A DNA stretch of 64,000 nt from Candidatus Dormiibacterota bacterium (GCA_963768105.1 CAVYGR010000004.1:118019-182018), one strand, 5' to 3'; shown: positions 7,022-15,868, counted from the first letter of the stretch. The notes: a model not told the origin generated them from the letters alone. Made by a program: numbers and translations.

Positions 7022-10018
7022 CTACTGGAACCAGCCCTCGACGTCGATGGCCGCGTTGACGCTGCCGACCGAGTTAAGCAGCAACACAGACCCGTTGGCG
7101 GTATCTAGCTGCACCACCACCAGGTTGGGGAGCACGGCTCCAGCGGCGAGGTTGAGGTCCGACGCGTTCGGGGGCTTGGTCAGGTTGGCGGGGTACGCGA
7201 CCAGGTAGGTGGCCTGAGTCGGCGCGATGGCCGCCAGATTGGCGATGATCCCCTGGATCACCGGGCCGGTGCCGGGAATGCCGCCCACGCCGGTTGCGTG
7301 GATCAGGCGGGCAGCGCTCACCCCAGCCCCGATTGCGCCGGTCGTGCAGCCCGCCGATGCCGTCCGGGTGTCGCAGATCCGGCTCGGGGCGATTGCCTGG
7401 TACTGGTACCCGGTCGGCGCCGTCGCTGCGCCAAACCACCCGTTTGCATCCAGGATGACGTCGATTCTCCCGACCGACGTGAACACGCACACAGCCGTGT
7501 GCGGCCCGCTCGGTCCCGGGCCCAATTGGACCATCACGCGGTTGGCCTCGACCGCTTTCGCCACCAGGTTCAGGGTGGAGATCTTGGGCGCAGGGCAGGT
7601 CCCTGTCGACGAGGTGGGGTAGACGCTGACGTAGGTCGGCGCGGTTGGTGTCACCCCGATCAGGTTGAGGACTGCGGCCGCTGCCGTGCCGTTTCCTGGG
7701 ATCGCGCTTCCGGTCACCGTGACCAGCATCGCGGACCCACCCACCAGTGCGCCGTGGGTCCGGCAGGCAGTCGGCGCCGACGTGCTGCGCGTGTCGCATA
7801 CGCGGACCGCGGTCATCGGGTGGAACTCGCCGGCTGTGGTCGACGCCACGGGAGGCGCGAAATAGCCCTCCACGTCCGCTACCACATTGACCGTCCCAGC
7901 GGCGTTGAAGATCTCCAGCATTCCGTTCTGGCCGAGGGTCGCGGTCACGAGGTTGGGGGTCACCGTACCGGGACCGAAGTTCAGATTCGACGCGTTCGGC
8001 TTTGGCGTACCCATCGGGTACACGGTGAGCAGGCTCCCGGCTGAGCCATTGACCTCGGTCACGTTGAGCACCACAGCAACGGCTCCGGTCGGTATGGGCG
8101 GCGTTCCCGCGCCGGTCACCTGAACAGGACGGGTGGTGGCGGGCCCGAACGGCGCGCCGCCGCGGGTGTCGAAGAGCCGGAACGGCGTGATGGGGACGTA
8201 GTCGGACAGCGGCACGTACAGGTACGCGGACCCGCTGGACGGGGAGCTCGACCCCAGCGTGTCGGTCGCGACGACGTGCACGATGCCGCCGGCCGAAGGG
8301 CCGGCCGGGGTGGTGAACGTGAACAAGTTGGGCGTCAAGCCGATGACCGTGACGCCGGTTCCGTTGATCGTCGCACTCGTCCCGGTCGCGAAGTCAGAAC
8401 CGGCGACGGTCACGAGCTGGCCTCCCCCCGCCGGTCCCGAAGACGGTGTCAACGATGCGATCGACGGCGCAGCGAATGTGTACCGGCCGATGAAGGTGTT
8501 CCAGCAGGTGTTCGCGGTCGTGCATGGCGCGACGGTGTTCCCATCGTTGTCCTCGGAGACCACCCATACGTCGGTGGGGTGCGCCGCATCCTGCACCGCG
8601 CCCGAGTAGTCCCCCAAGTGCAGGGCGGGCATCCACTTGGGCTGTAGAAGTTGGAGCTGGAGTCGAGCGTGGTGAAGGTGCTCCACGTGCTGCCACCCGT
8701 TATCGACGCGACCATGATCGATTCGAGCGTGGTGCTCGAGGAACTCGTCGAATGTGGTGATCACGTTGCCGGAGCTGTCCACAGCGAGCGCCGGATAGAA
8801 GAGGTAGGCGCCGCTGACCCCCTCGGGAGCGAGTTGTGTCGCTCCGGTCACGGTACCGGTGGATCCGGCGTTGACGCTGACGACGTTCACGCAGGACCGG
8901 GAGCCCGTGTCTCCGGTGGGCGTGCAGCCGGTGTTCCCCGTGGCCCACAGCACGTTGTTCAACCACACTGCGCTGAGGAAGCGATCGTCATTGACCTGAA
9001 GCGTGGCGGTTGTCCCGTTTTGTGGCGCCGACGGCACAACGCTGCTCCCTTTGGGTGTGGACACGGCGGTGCATGGTGGCGGCGAGACAACTCCGGTGTG
9101 AGGCGTGCCAACAAAGGCGATCACCGCGACGGCGTTGTTTGCCGGAGTAATCGTGCAATTCAAGTCGTTCGCGATCTCGTATTCGACATTGGTCGACGTG
9201 AGGGCCATGGCCGGCTGCGCGCCGAGCGGGCCGTCCGTAAACGCGACAGCGCTATTGACTCCCATCGTCCCGGCCGCGAGGTCGGAGCGTTGGATGATGT
9301 CGGTCTGACTCCGATACGGCGTCTCGTTGAGGCAACCGAGATAGTCCCAGGAGATCGTGACGACGGTGTTGGTCATCCCGACGGACAGATTCGCAGCCAC
9401 CGGCATGTCACCACTGCTGGCATCGGGCAACTGACCCAGGTTGAAGAAGCTGTTGGCCACTCGCCATGCCGTCGTCGGGTCCGCCCCTGACACCACGACC
9501 TGGATCTGACTCTGGTCGTTGGTACACGCCGCGCGAGCCGGGTTGTATTGCAGCACCGCCAGGATAAACCGCCCCGAAGCCGGGTCGTACACCACGTGCG
9601 GGTATTTCACGGCAAAGCCCGTGGGAGTCCCGACGAGCGTACGGATGGCTTTGGTGGTGACGAGGGCTCCCGTGCGGCTGTAAACAAAGAGAGCGCTGTT
9701 CACCGCCTCGACGACGTACGTCGAGCCCACGGCGATGCTCGGATCAGCGGGTGTGGTAGCGCCTCCGGATCCCGCCGCCGCGATCGCCGCCTGTTCGCCG
9801 GCACCCGCAAACCCTGCAAGCTGGGAGGCCGAGGATCCCAGCGCGGTCGCGGCGGTACGCGCTGTAATCGAGCGCGGAGCCGCGTGACTCGGCGACCGCT
9901 GTGAGGTTGCTGTGAGTCCTGCAGGGTGTGACAACGCGGACGCCGACGCGGGACTCGCCGTCAATGCGACGGACAGTGCGGCAACGGAGATGAGCGCGAG
10001 AGAGCAACTGCGGCGCAC
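7022..10018 (-). CDS. Large secreted multidomain protein, paralog A (998 codons). It has a signal peptide, a ~550-aa N-terminal domain of unknown fold, an IPT/TIG domain and three tandem ~130-aa repeats ending DVEGWFQ. It contains a compensating frameshift pair.
   Basis: About 45% identity to the 45154..48396 product over the full length. IPT/TIG motif SLTPSSGPAGGGQLVTVAGSDF. Repeats of the type YVP..PFR..DTR...LLTVYP...PNASNLN....V.DVEGYF. The segment 8611-8746 is read out of frame, as shown by comparison with the paralog. Confidence 0.7.
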   Translation of the reverse strand: MRRSCSLALISVAALSVALTASPASASALSHPAGLTATSQRSPSHAAPRSITARTAATALGSSASQLAGFAGAGEQAAIAAAGSGGATTPADPSIAVGSTYVVEAVNSALFVYSRTGALVTTKAIRTLVGTPTGFAVKYPHVVYDPASGRFILAVLQYNPARAACTNDQSQIQVVVSGADPTTAWRVANSFFNLGQLPDASSGDMPVAANLSVGMTNTVVTISWDYLGCLNETPYRSQTDIIQRSDLAAGTMGVNSAVAFTDGPLGAQPAMALTSTNVEYEIANDLNCTITPANNAVAVIAFVGTPHTGVVSPPPCTAVSTPKGSSVVPSAPQNGTTATLQVNDDRFLSAVWLNNVLWATGNTGCTPTGDTGSRSCVNVVSVNAGSTGTVTGATQLAPEGVSGAYLFYPALAVDSSGNVITTFDEFLEHHARIDHGRVDNGWQHVEHLHHARLQLQLLQPKWMPALHLGDYSGAVQDAAHPTDVWVVSEDNDGNTVAPCTTANTCWNTFIGRYTFAAPSIASLTPSSGPAGGGQLVTVAGSDFATGTSATINGTGVTVIGLTPNLFTFTTPAGPSAGGIVHVVATDTLGSSSPSSGSAYLYVPLSDYVPITPFRLFDTRGGAPFGPATTRPVQVTGAGTPPIPTGAVAVVLNVTEVNGSAGSLLTVYPMGTPKPNASNLNFGPGTVTPNLVTATLGQNGMLEIFNAAGTVNVVADVEGYFAPPVASTTAGEFHPMTAVRVCDTRSTSAPTACRTHGALVGGSAMLVTVTGSAIPGNGTAAAAVLNLIGVTPTAPTYVSVYPTSSTGTCPAPKISTLNLVAKAVEANRVMVQLGPGPSGPHTAVCVFTSVGRIDVILDANGWFGAATAPTGYQYQAIAPSRICDTRTASAGCTTGAIGAGVSAARLIHATGVGGIPGTGPVIQGIIANLAAIAPTQATYLVAYPANLTKPPNASDLNLAAGAVLPNLVVVQLDTANGSVLLLNSVGSVNAAIDVEGWFQ

Positions 10019-10211
10019 ATTTCGATTCTAGAAGCCAATCGCCGCAGTGACACATCCCCGTAACACGGTCACCGAGTCGTGACATCGGGGCCGTCTCGAC
10101 GCCTGCGGACGCATGGCGATCGCCAGACCACTGTCCGGGCGTCAGGCAGCGACGATGGCGTATAAATTGCTCGCCGGGCAACCGCCGGCACACCCCATGC
10201 AGGAGATCCAC

Positions 10212-10304
10212 ATGACCGACACATACGGCTGGAAGCCCCTCTCCCTTGCCGACGACGAAGAGGACGAAGACGGCGACGAGGAAGGCGAGGACGACGACGA
10301 GTAG
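10212..10304 (+). CDS. Candidate 30-codon acidic micro-ORF (MTDTYGWKPLSLADDEEDEDGDEEGEDDDE) with a strong Shine-Dalgarno sequence.
   Basis: aggag at 10201-10205 lies 6 nt upstream of the ATG at 10212. The acidic run is encoded by a GA-rich repeat. A -10-like tataaa lies at 10162. The ORF overlaps the annotated start of the HD gene in a different frame. Confidence 0.3.
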   Translation: MTDTYGWKPLSLADDEEDEDGDEEGEDDDE

Positions 10305-11652
10305 CTCGCTGCAGACGGCGGAACGTTTTCGCCAGGTCAATCTCATCGCCGATCCGCTCTATGGCTACATAGAGATCACCAAGGACCGGCCCGGCGAGGC
10401 GAGCGAGCGCCAGCTCCTCGACACGGTCTGGCTGCAGCGCCTGCGGCGGGTCCACCAGCTCCAGTCGGCGTGGTGGGTCTTCCCCAGCGCTGAGCACTCG
10501 CGCTTCACGCACCTCCTGGGAGCGATGCATCTCGCGAGCCTGTTCGCGCGTCGTGTGGACGGATCCTTGCGCGCCTCGTTTTCCGACGCACCGTCGCCGG
10601 CGCTCGTCGAGGAGACCCTGCGCATTGCGGGTCTGCTGCACGACGTCGGCCACGGTCCGTTCGGACATTTCTTCGATCACGAGGTGCTCGAACAGTGGAG
10701 CCTCGACCACGAGGTGATCGGCCGTCACCTGGTGACCCACCAGCTCGCCGACATCATCGGATCGCTGCGCGCGAGTCCCGGTGGACGCTTCGCGTCCGGC
10801 GAGCAGATCGACCCGATGTGGGTGGCCTGGGTGATGGCTGACGCCGACATCGACGGCTACTCGCCACCAGGGTGGCTGCACGCGCTGAAGCCAATCCTCT
10901 GCGGTCCCGCGACCGTCGACAACCTCGATTACGTCCCGCGCGACGCGTACATGTGCGGCATCAGCCTGGGGGCGGTGGAGGTGCAGCGGCTCATCCACTA
11001 CACCTTCATCAGCGGCGACAGCGTCGTGCTCCACGCGCATGCGGCGGGCGCGCTGGAGATGTTCCTCGCCTCGCGCCTCTACATGTATCTGCAGGTGTAC
11101 CACCACCGAACCGGCCGGCGGTTCGACCTGTCGATGCGCGAGATCTTCGCGGACACCATCAGCCAGCTGTTGCACGGCAATCCGCTCGAGCATCTCGACG
11201 AGTACGAGCAATTGAACGACTGGTCGGTGCTGGTCGCGGTGCAGCGCTGGCTTGGCGAGGCACCGGGAACGGAGCGGCGTCGCCTCGCCGAGGCCTGGGC
11301 GCGGATCGCGGCTCGCGACCTGCCGTGGCATCTCGCCTACGAGAGCGTCGCCCACAAGGGCATGGACACGTCCACGCTGCAGGCGCAACTCGACGCGCAG
11401 CTCGAGTCAAGGGCGCTGAGCGCGCGGGTCGAGGTCGATGTGGCCATCGCCCGTATCGCGCCGCAGAACCCGATGACCGACGACGGCATGGTCAGGATCT
11501 ACGACCCGCTCAACGACACCATCGAGGCCGCTCGAGCCGCGGAGCTGGTGGCGCGGTTGCCACAGCACAACCAGGTGATCCGCGTGTTCACCGACGATGT
11601 GTCGGCGCTCCGAACCGTGCGTGACGCCGTCAAGGCGGTGATCGCCGGCTGA
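10246..11652 (+). CDS. HD-domain phosphohydrolase of the SAMHD1/dGTPase-like dNTP triphosphohydrolase family. The start is uncertain.
   Basis: IADPLYGYIEI...LQRLRRVHQL...FPSAEHSRFTHLLGAMHLA...LLHDVGHGPFGH. The only in-frame canonical start is TTG at 10246, inside the acidic micro-ORF. The K/R/T-rich first 20 residues are probably an artefact of reading the GA repeat in a different frame. Confidence 0.75.
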   Translation: MPTTKRTKTATRKARTTTSSSLQTAERFRQVNLIADPLYGYIEITKDRPGEASERQLLDTVWLQRLRRVHQLQSAWWVFPSAEHSRFTHLLGAMHLASLFARRVDGSLRASFSDAPSPALVEETLRIAGLLHDVGHGPFGHFFDHEVLEQWSLDHEVIGRHLVTHQLADIIGSLRASPGGRFASGEQIDPMWVAWVMADADIDGYSPPGWLHALKPILCGPATVDNLDYVPRDAYMCGISLGAVEVQRLIHYTFISGDSVVLHAHAAGALEMFLASRLYMYLQVYHHRTGRRFDLSMREIFADTISQLLHGNPLEHLDEYEQLNDWSVLVAVQRWLGEAPGTERRRLAEAWARIAARDLPWHLAYESVAHKGMDTSTLQAQLDAQLESRALSARVEVDVAIARIAPQNPMTDDGMVRIYDPLNDTIEAARAAELVARLPQHNQVIRVFTDDVSALRTVRDAVKAVIAG

Positions 11653-12138
11653 TCAGACGAGCCGGCGCTCGATCCACTCGACCGCCTCCGCCGCGGTCGA
11701 GACGCGATGCACCTGCGGGTCGGCTCGAGGTTCGCCCGGACGGGTGACGCTCCAACTGTTGAGCGCAACCACCGGCTTGCCGAGCACGAGCGCGTAGGCC
11801 ATCTCGCTGAGCGTCCCGTACCCTCCGCCGATCGCGATCATCGCGTCGCTGGAGCGCACGATCAGCGCGTTGCGCAGGTGACCCAGGCCGGTGGCAATCG
11901 GCATCGTCACACCCGGCGCAGCCCCCACGGGATCATCGCCGGGGAGCAGGCCGACGCAGGTGCCACCAGCCGCAGACGCCGCGTCGGCGACTGCGGTCGC
12001 GACACCCTGTCCGCCGCCGCACACGATGATGAATCCGCGTTGCGCGAGCAGACGGCCAACCTCCGCCGAAGCCTGGCGATCGTCGTCGGTGGCTTGCGAC
12101 GCGCCGCACACCGCCACCATCCGCGGACGCGCAGCCAA
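11653..12138 (-). CDS. LOG-family / TIGR00725 Rossmann-fold protein (LOG = cytokinin riboside 5'-monophosphate phosphoribohydrolase-like).
   Basis: MVAVCGAS...IVCGGGQGVATAVADAA...GYGTLSEMAYAL... is a typical LOG/TIGR00725 layout. Confidence 0.7.
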   Translation of the reverse strand: MAARPRMVAVCGASQATDDDRQASAEVGRLLAQRGFIIVCGGGQGVATAVADAASAAGGTCVGLLPGDDPVGAAPGVTMPIATGLGHLRNALIVRSSDAMIAIGGGYGTLSEMAYALVLGKPVVALNSWSVTRPGEPRADPQVHRVSTAAEAVEWIERRLV

Positions 12139-12156
12139 TAATGCGCCCGGCCGTCG

Positions 12157-13266
12157 TCAGGGGGCGACGGGCAGACGCGGCCCCGACGGCATCACGGGGC
12201 CGGCGGCGGCGCTGAAGTTCTCCTGGCTCACCTGAGCGGCGATGTGGGACGCGACATCGCGAAACACCTCGCCGATCGGGCTCGACGGTGCGGCAGCCAT
12301 GATCGGGCGGCCGTCGCCGTCCGCGCCGCGAATGCGTGGATCGAGCGGCACCGCTCCCAGGAAGGGCAACTCGTAGCGGGCGGCGAGGTCGCGCCCGCCG
12401 CCGGAGCCGAAGATGTCGGTTCGCTCGTTGCAGTGCGGGCAGATGAAACCGCTCATGTTCTCGACCACGCCGAGGACCGGGACATTGAGCTTGCGGAACA
12501 TCTCGATGCCCCGACTCACATCCGCAAGCGACACGTCCTGCGGGGTGGTGCAGATGACCGCGCCGGTCATGGGCATGCTCTGCGCGAGGCTGAGCTGCAC
12601 GTCGCCGGTGCCGGGCGGAAGATCGATGACGAGATAGTCGAGCTCACCCCACGTGACCTCGTAAAGGAACTCGCGCAACGCCTTGGCGAGCATCGGACCG
12701 CGCCAGATCACCGGTTGTCCGGGATCGAGGATGGTGCCGAAGGAGACCACCTTCAGACCGTGCGCCTCGAGCGGCTGCATCTTCCCGTCCGGACCGGCGT
12801 GGGGTCGCTCGCGAATCCCGAGCATGATCGGGACGTTGGGGCCGTAGACGTCAGCATCGAGCAGACCGACACGAGCACCGGCGAGCCGCAGCGCGATCGC
12901 GACATTGACCGCGACCGTGGTCTTGCCCACACCGCCCTTACCCGCGCTGATCGCGATCGCGTTGCGCACGCCGGGGATCTCCTGGCGGCCGGGCAGGCCT
13001 CGCGTGGTGCTCACGTCGGCGTCCCAGCGGATCTCGACGCGAGTGATCGACGGCACCACACCGATGACCGCAGCCTCGATGTCCTGACGGATGCGATCCT
13101 TGAGCGGGCACGCGGGCGTGGTGAGCACGACACGAAGTGACGCGACTCCACCGTCGATCGCGAGGTCGCGCAACATGCCGAGCTGCAGCATCGGCTTGTG
13201 CAACTCGGGATCGATCACGGTCGCGAGCGCACGTTCGAGGGCGTCGAGCGCCGCTGGGTCACTCAT
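12157..13266 (-). CDS. mrp: Mrp/ApbC/NBP35-family Fe-S cluster carrier ATPase with an N-terminal DUF59-like domain.
   Basis: Walker A GKGGVGKTTVAVNVA. CPHC Fe-S ligand motif (GFICPHCNERTDIFG). N-terminal MSDPAALDALERALATVIDPEL. ATG at 13266. Confidence 0.85.
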   Translation of the reverse strand: MSDPAALDALERALATVIDPELHKPMLQLGMLRDLAIDGGVASLRVVLTTPACPLKDRIRQDIEAAVIGVVPSITRVEIRWDADVSTTRGLPGRQEIPGVRNAIAISAGKGGVGKTTVAVNVAIALRLAGARVGLLDADVYGPNVPIMLGIRERPHAGPDGKMQPLEAHGLKVVSFGTILDPGQPVIWRGPMLAKALREFLYEVTWGELDYLVIDLPPGTGDVQLSLAQSMPMTGAVICTTPQDVSLADVSRGIEMFRKLNVPVLGVVENMSGFICPHCNERTDIFGSGGGRDLAARYELPFLGAVPLDPRIRGADGDGRPIMAAAPSSPIGEVFRDVASHIAAQVSQENFSAAAGPVMPSGPRLPVAP

Positions 13267-13354
13267 CTCCAAATGAGTATACCCAGCCGCTCCACAGCGA
13301 AAGCTCAACTCGGCGAAGCGCTGGATTTGATGCGCTCTCTACAATGCGGCCCGA

Positions 13355-14779
13355 ATGCTCGATCGCCGCGTGATTCGTCTCCTCGAGGGTCAGGTTGCGG
13401 CCTCACATGTCTACACCCGCCCCGCGGATCTCGCCGCCTACGCGTATGACGCGTGGGGAGCGACAGGCGAACGTCATCTCCCCGATGCGGTGGTCTTCCC
13501 CGCATCGACCGAGGAGGTGGCGGGCGTGGTCAGCGTCTGCGCAGTCTCCGGGGTACCGATCGTCCCCCGCGGCGCCGGCACTGGCTACGCGGCCGGCGCG
13601 TCGCCGTCGCACGGCGGCGTCATCCTGAGCCTCGCCCGCCTCAACCGGGTGCTCGGCGTCGAGTCCGAGGCGATGCGACTGCACGCCCAGGCCGGGGCCA
13701 TCACCGCCGGGATCCACGCACATGCGGCGGCCTCGGGCCTGTTCTTCCCGCCGGATCCGGGCTCGTCCACCACCTGCACCATCGGCGGCAACGTCGCCTG
13801 CAACGCCGCCGGCCCGCACACGCTTCGCTACGGGGTCACCGCCGACTTCGTCGCCGGTCTGACCGCGGTCCTGTCCGACGGCTCGGTGGTGCGCGTCGGC
13901 GAGGGCGGCGACACCTCGGCGTCGGGGCTCCTCTCGCTGCTGGTGGGCTCCGAGGGAACCCTCGGGGTGATCACCGAGGTCCTGCTGCGCCTGATCCCCG
14001 CGCCGAGGGCGAGGGCCACCCTTGCCGCCACCTTCACCGGCATGGATCGCGCCGCCGCGGCCGTCGCCGGGATCAGCGACGCCGGCATCGTGCCCTCGGC
14101 CCTGGAATTCCTCGATGCCGCGGCTCTCGACGCCGTGCGTCGGGCGGGTGGCGGCAATGTCGGCGGTGACGCCGCGGCGCTCCTGATCGTGGAGCTCGAG
14201 GGCGACATCGCCGCCGTCGGAGGAGACACCGATGCGGTGTCCGGGGCGATCACACGGGCGGGCGCCTCGCAGCTGCAGCGGGCCACCGAGCCGGGCCAGG
14301 CCGAGCGGCTGTGGGCGGCACGCAAGGCGGTGAGCGCGGCGGTCGCCAAGGTGCAGATCGGCAAGGTGAACGAGGACGTCGTCGTCCCCCGCGACCGCGT
14401 CGCCGAGCTGATCGCCCGCACCCGCGAGCTGGGCACCAAATTCGAGTTGCAGGTGGTGAACTTCGGACACCTCGGCGACGGCAACGTGCACGCGACCTTC
14501 CTCATCGACCCGCGCCTCGAAGGCCAGCGAGCTCGTGCCGACGCGGCCGCCGGGGAGCTCTTCGAGACCGTGCTGAGCATGGGCGGCTCGCTCTCAGGGG
14601 AGCACGGCGTCGGCGCCGCCAAGCTCGAGTACGTCGAACGTCAGCTCGGAGCGGGGACGGTGGAGCTGATGCGACGGATCAAGGCGGCCCTGGATCCGCA
14701 CGACGTGCTCAACCCCGGTAAGAAGATCCCGCCGCGTCAGTCTTCCGCGTCGAGCACCGCCAGCAACGAGGCTGCGTAG
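13355..14779 (+). CDS. FAD-linked oxidase (GlcD / D-lactate dehydrogenase family).
   Basis: An FAD-binding PCMH-type domain (VVFPASTEEVAGVVS..IVPRGAGTGYAAGASP) and a C-terminal GEHGVG motif. TACAAT lies 9 nt before the ATG, so the transcript is probably leaderless. Confidence 0.8.
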   Translation: MLDRRVIRLLEGQVAASHVYTRPADLAAYAYDAWGATGERHLPDAVVFPASTEEVAGVVSVCAVSGVPIVPRGAGTGYAAGASPSHGGVILSLARLNRVLGVESEAMRLHAQAGAITAGIHAHAAASGLFFPPDPGSSTTCTIGGNVACNAAGPHTLRYGVTADFVAGLTAVLSDGSVVRVGEGGDTSASGLLSLLVGSEGTLGVITEVLLRLIPAPRARATLAATFTGMDRAAAAVAGISDAGIVPSALEFLDAAALDAVRRAGGGNVGGDAAALLIVELEGDIAAVGGDTDAVSGAITRAGASQLQRATEPGQAERLWAARKAVSAAVAKVQIGKVNEDVVVPRDRVAELIARTRELGTKFELQVVNFGHLGDGNVHATFLIDPRLEGQRARADAAAGELFETVLSMGGSLSGEHGVGAAKLEYVERQLGAGTVELMRRIKAALDPHDVLNPGKKIPPRQSSASSTASNEAA

Positions 14780-15084
14780 TCGGTCTCATCGATACGCCGG
14801 GCCAGCTCGCGGCCGTCGTCGACGGGTAGCTCCATCGACGCGTCGTAGACGAAGCTGTACACGTTCGGCAGCGTCCAGTCGCCGAAACCGAGCGACGCCA
14901 GGATGCCGGCAAGGCGCGGCTCCTGCTCATCGGCCGCGAACGTCTCGCTGGCCGCTCGATACAGGGAGTTGAGGTTGCGATACTCCGTCTCGTACTCCTC
15001 GATGAGAGCCGGATCAGCGTCTTCGTCCCGCAGACGAGCGAGCGTCCGGCGCAACGACTGGATCTCCAGCTGATACTCGTCCAC
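14737..15084 (-). CDS. Hypothetical acidic protein (115 aa).
   Basis: Clean non-repetitive ORF immediately downstream of, and co-directional with, the VIT-family gene. Its 3' end overlaps the glcD-like gene convergently. No motif recognised. Confidence 0.45.
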   Translation of the reverse strand: MDEYQLEIQSLRRTLARLRDEDADPALIEEYETEYRNLNSLYRAASETFAADEQEPRLAGILASLGFGDWTLPNVYSFVYDASMELPVDDGRELARRIDETDYAASLLAVLDAED

Positions 15085-15109
15085 CCTCTCCCGAGTGTAG
15101 ATGACGCAG

Positions 15110-15868
15110 TCAGCCGGTCCGCACGTTGACGAGGTTGCCGACCAGGTGTCCGACCCCGAACGCGACGCCCGCCGCGACCGTGGCGAAGGCTAACTGGCGG
15201 AGCGCGGAGTGGACCCGCGAGCGCCCGGTGAAGATCGCGACCGTCCAGCCGACCGCGAGCACGGACACGGCTCCAAGGGCGATCGAGAGCAGGGCCGCGG
15301 TGGTCCCGCTGACGAAGAACCAGGGGAGGAGCGGGATGACCGCGCCGATGGCAAACATGACGAACGAGGATCCGGCTGCCTGCCATGGGTTCCCGGTCTT
15401 GCCGGGGCGCAACCCGAGCTCTTCCCGAGCGTGAACCTCGAGTGCAACGTCGGGGTTCCTCATGATCGCCTCGGCAATGCGGCGCGCATCGGCTTCCTCA
15501 ACTCCACGGAGCCGGTAGACGGCGGCCAGCTCCCGGGTCTCGTCCTCGGGGTGGCGCTCCAGCTCACGCCGCTCGATTTCCAGCTCGCGCTGCAGGAGCT
15601 CGGACTGCGCCGCCATCGACACGTACTCGCCCGCGGCCATCGAGAACGCCCCGGCGACGAGACCCGCCAGTCCGGCAAGCAGCACCACGGAGGGAAGGGG
15701 ATTGGCACCGGCAACGCCGAGGATCAGCGAGATGTTGGTCAGCAGGCCGTCGCTGATCCCGAAGACTGCGGCACGCGCGGCGCCGCCCTGCAGGTCGCGG
15801 TGATGGGACCGCTCGTGCGGCATGCGATGTTCGCCCGCCCCGCCGACCGGGGCAACCCTCTGGGCCAT
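15110..15868 (-). CDS. VIT1/CCC1-family (DUF125) iron/manganese transporter.
   Basis: N-terminal ferritin-like region with E..E motifs (ELLQRELEIERRELERHPEDE), then five predicted TM helices. Start is probably MAQRVAP at 15868. Confidence 0.7.
   Translation of the reverse strand: MAQRVAPVGGAGEHRMPHERSHHRDLQGGAARAAVFGISDGLLTNISLILGVAGANPLPSVVLLAGLAGLVAGAFSMAAGEYVSMAAQSELLQRELEIERRELERHPEDETRELAAVYRLRGVEEADARRIAEAIMRNPDVALEVHAREELGLRPGKTGNPWQAAGSSFVMFAIGAVIPLLPWFFVSGTTAALLSIALGAVSVLAVGWTVAIFTGRSRVHSALRQLAFATVAAGVAFGVGHLVGNLVNVRTG

Noticed and set aside
10069-11388. 439-codon minus-strand ORF antisense to the HD hydrolase gene.
   Set aside because: Arg/Pro/Val-rich and no motifs. The plus-strand HD-domain protein is unambiguous.
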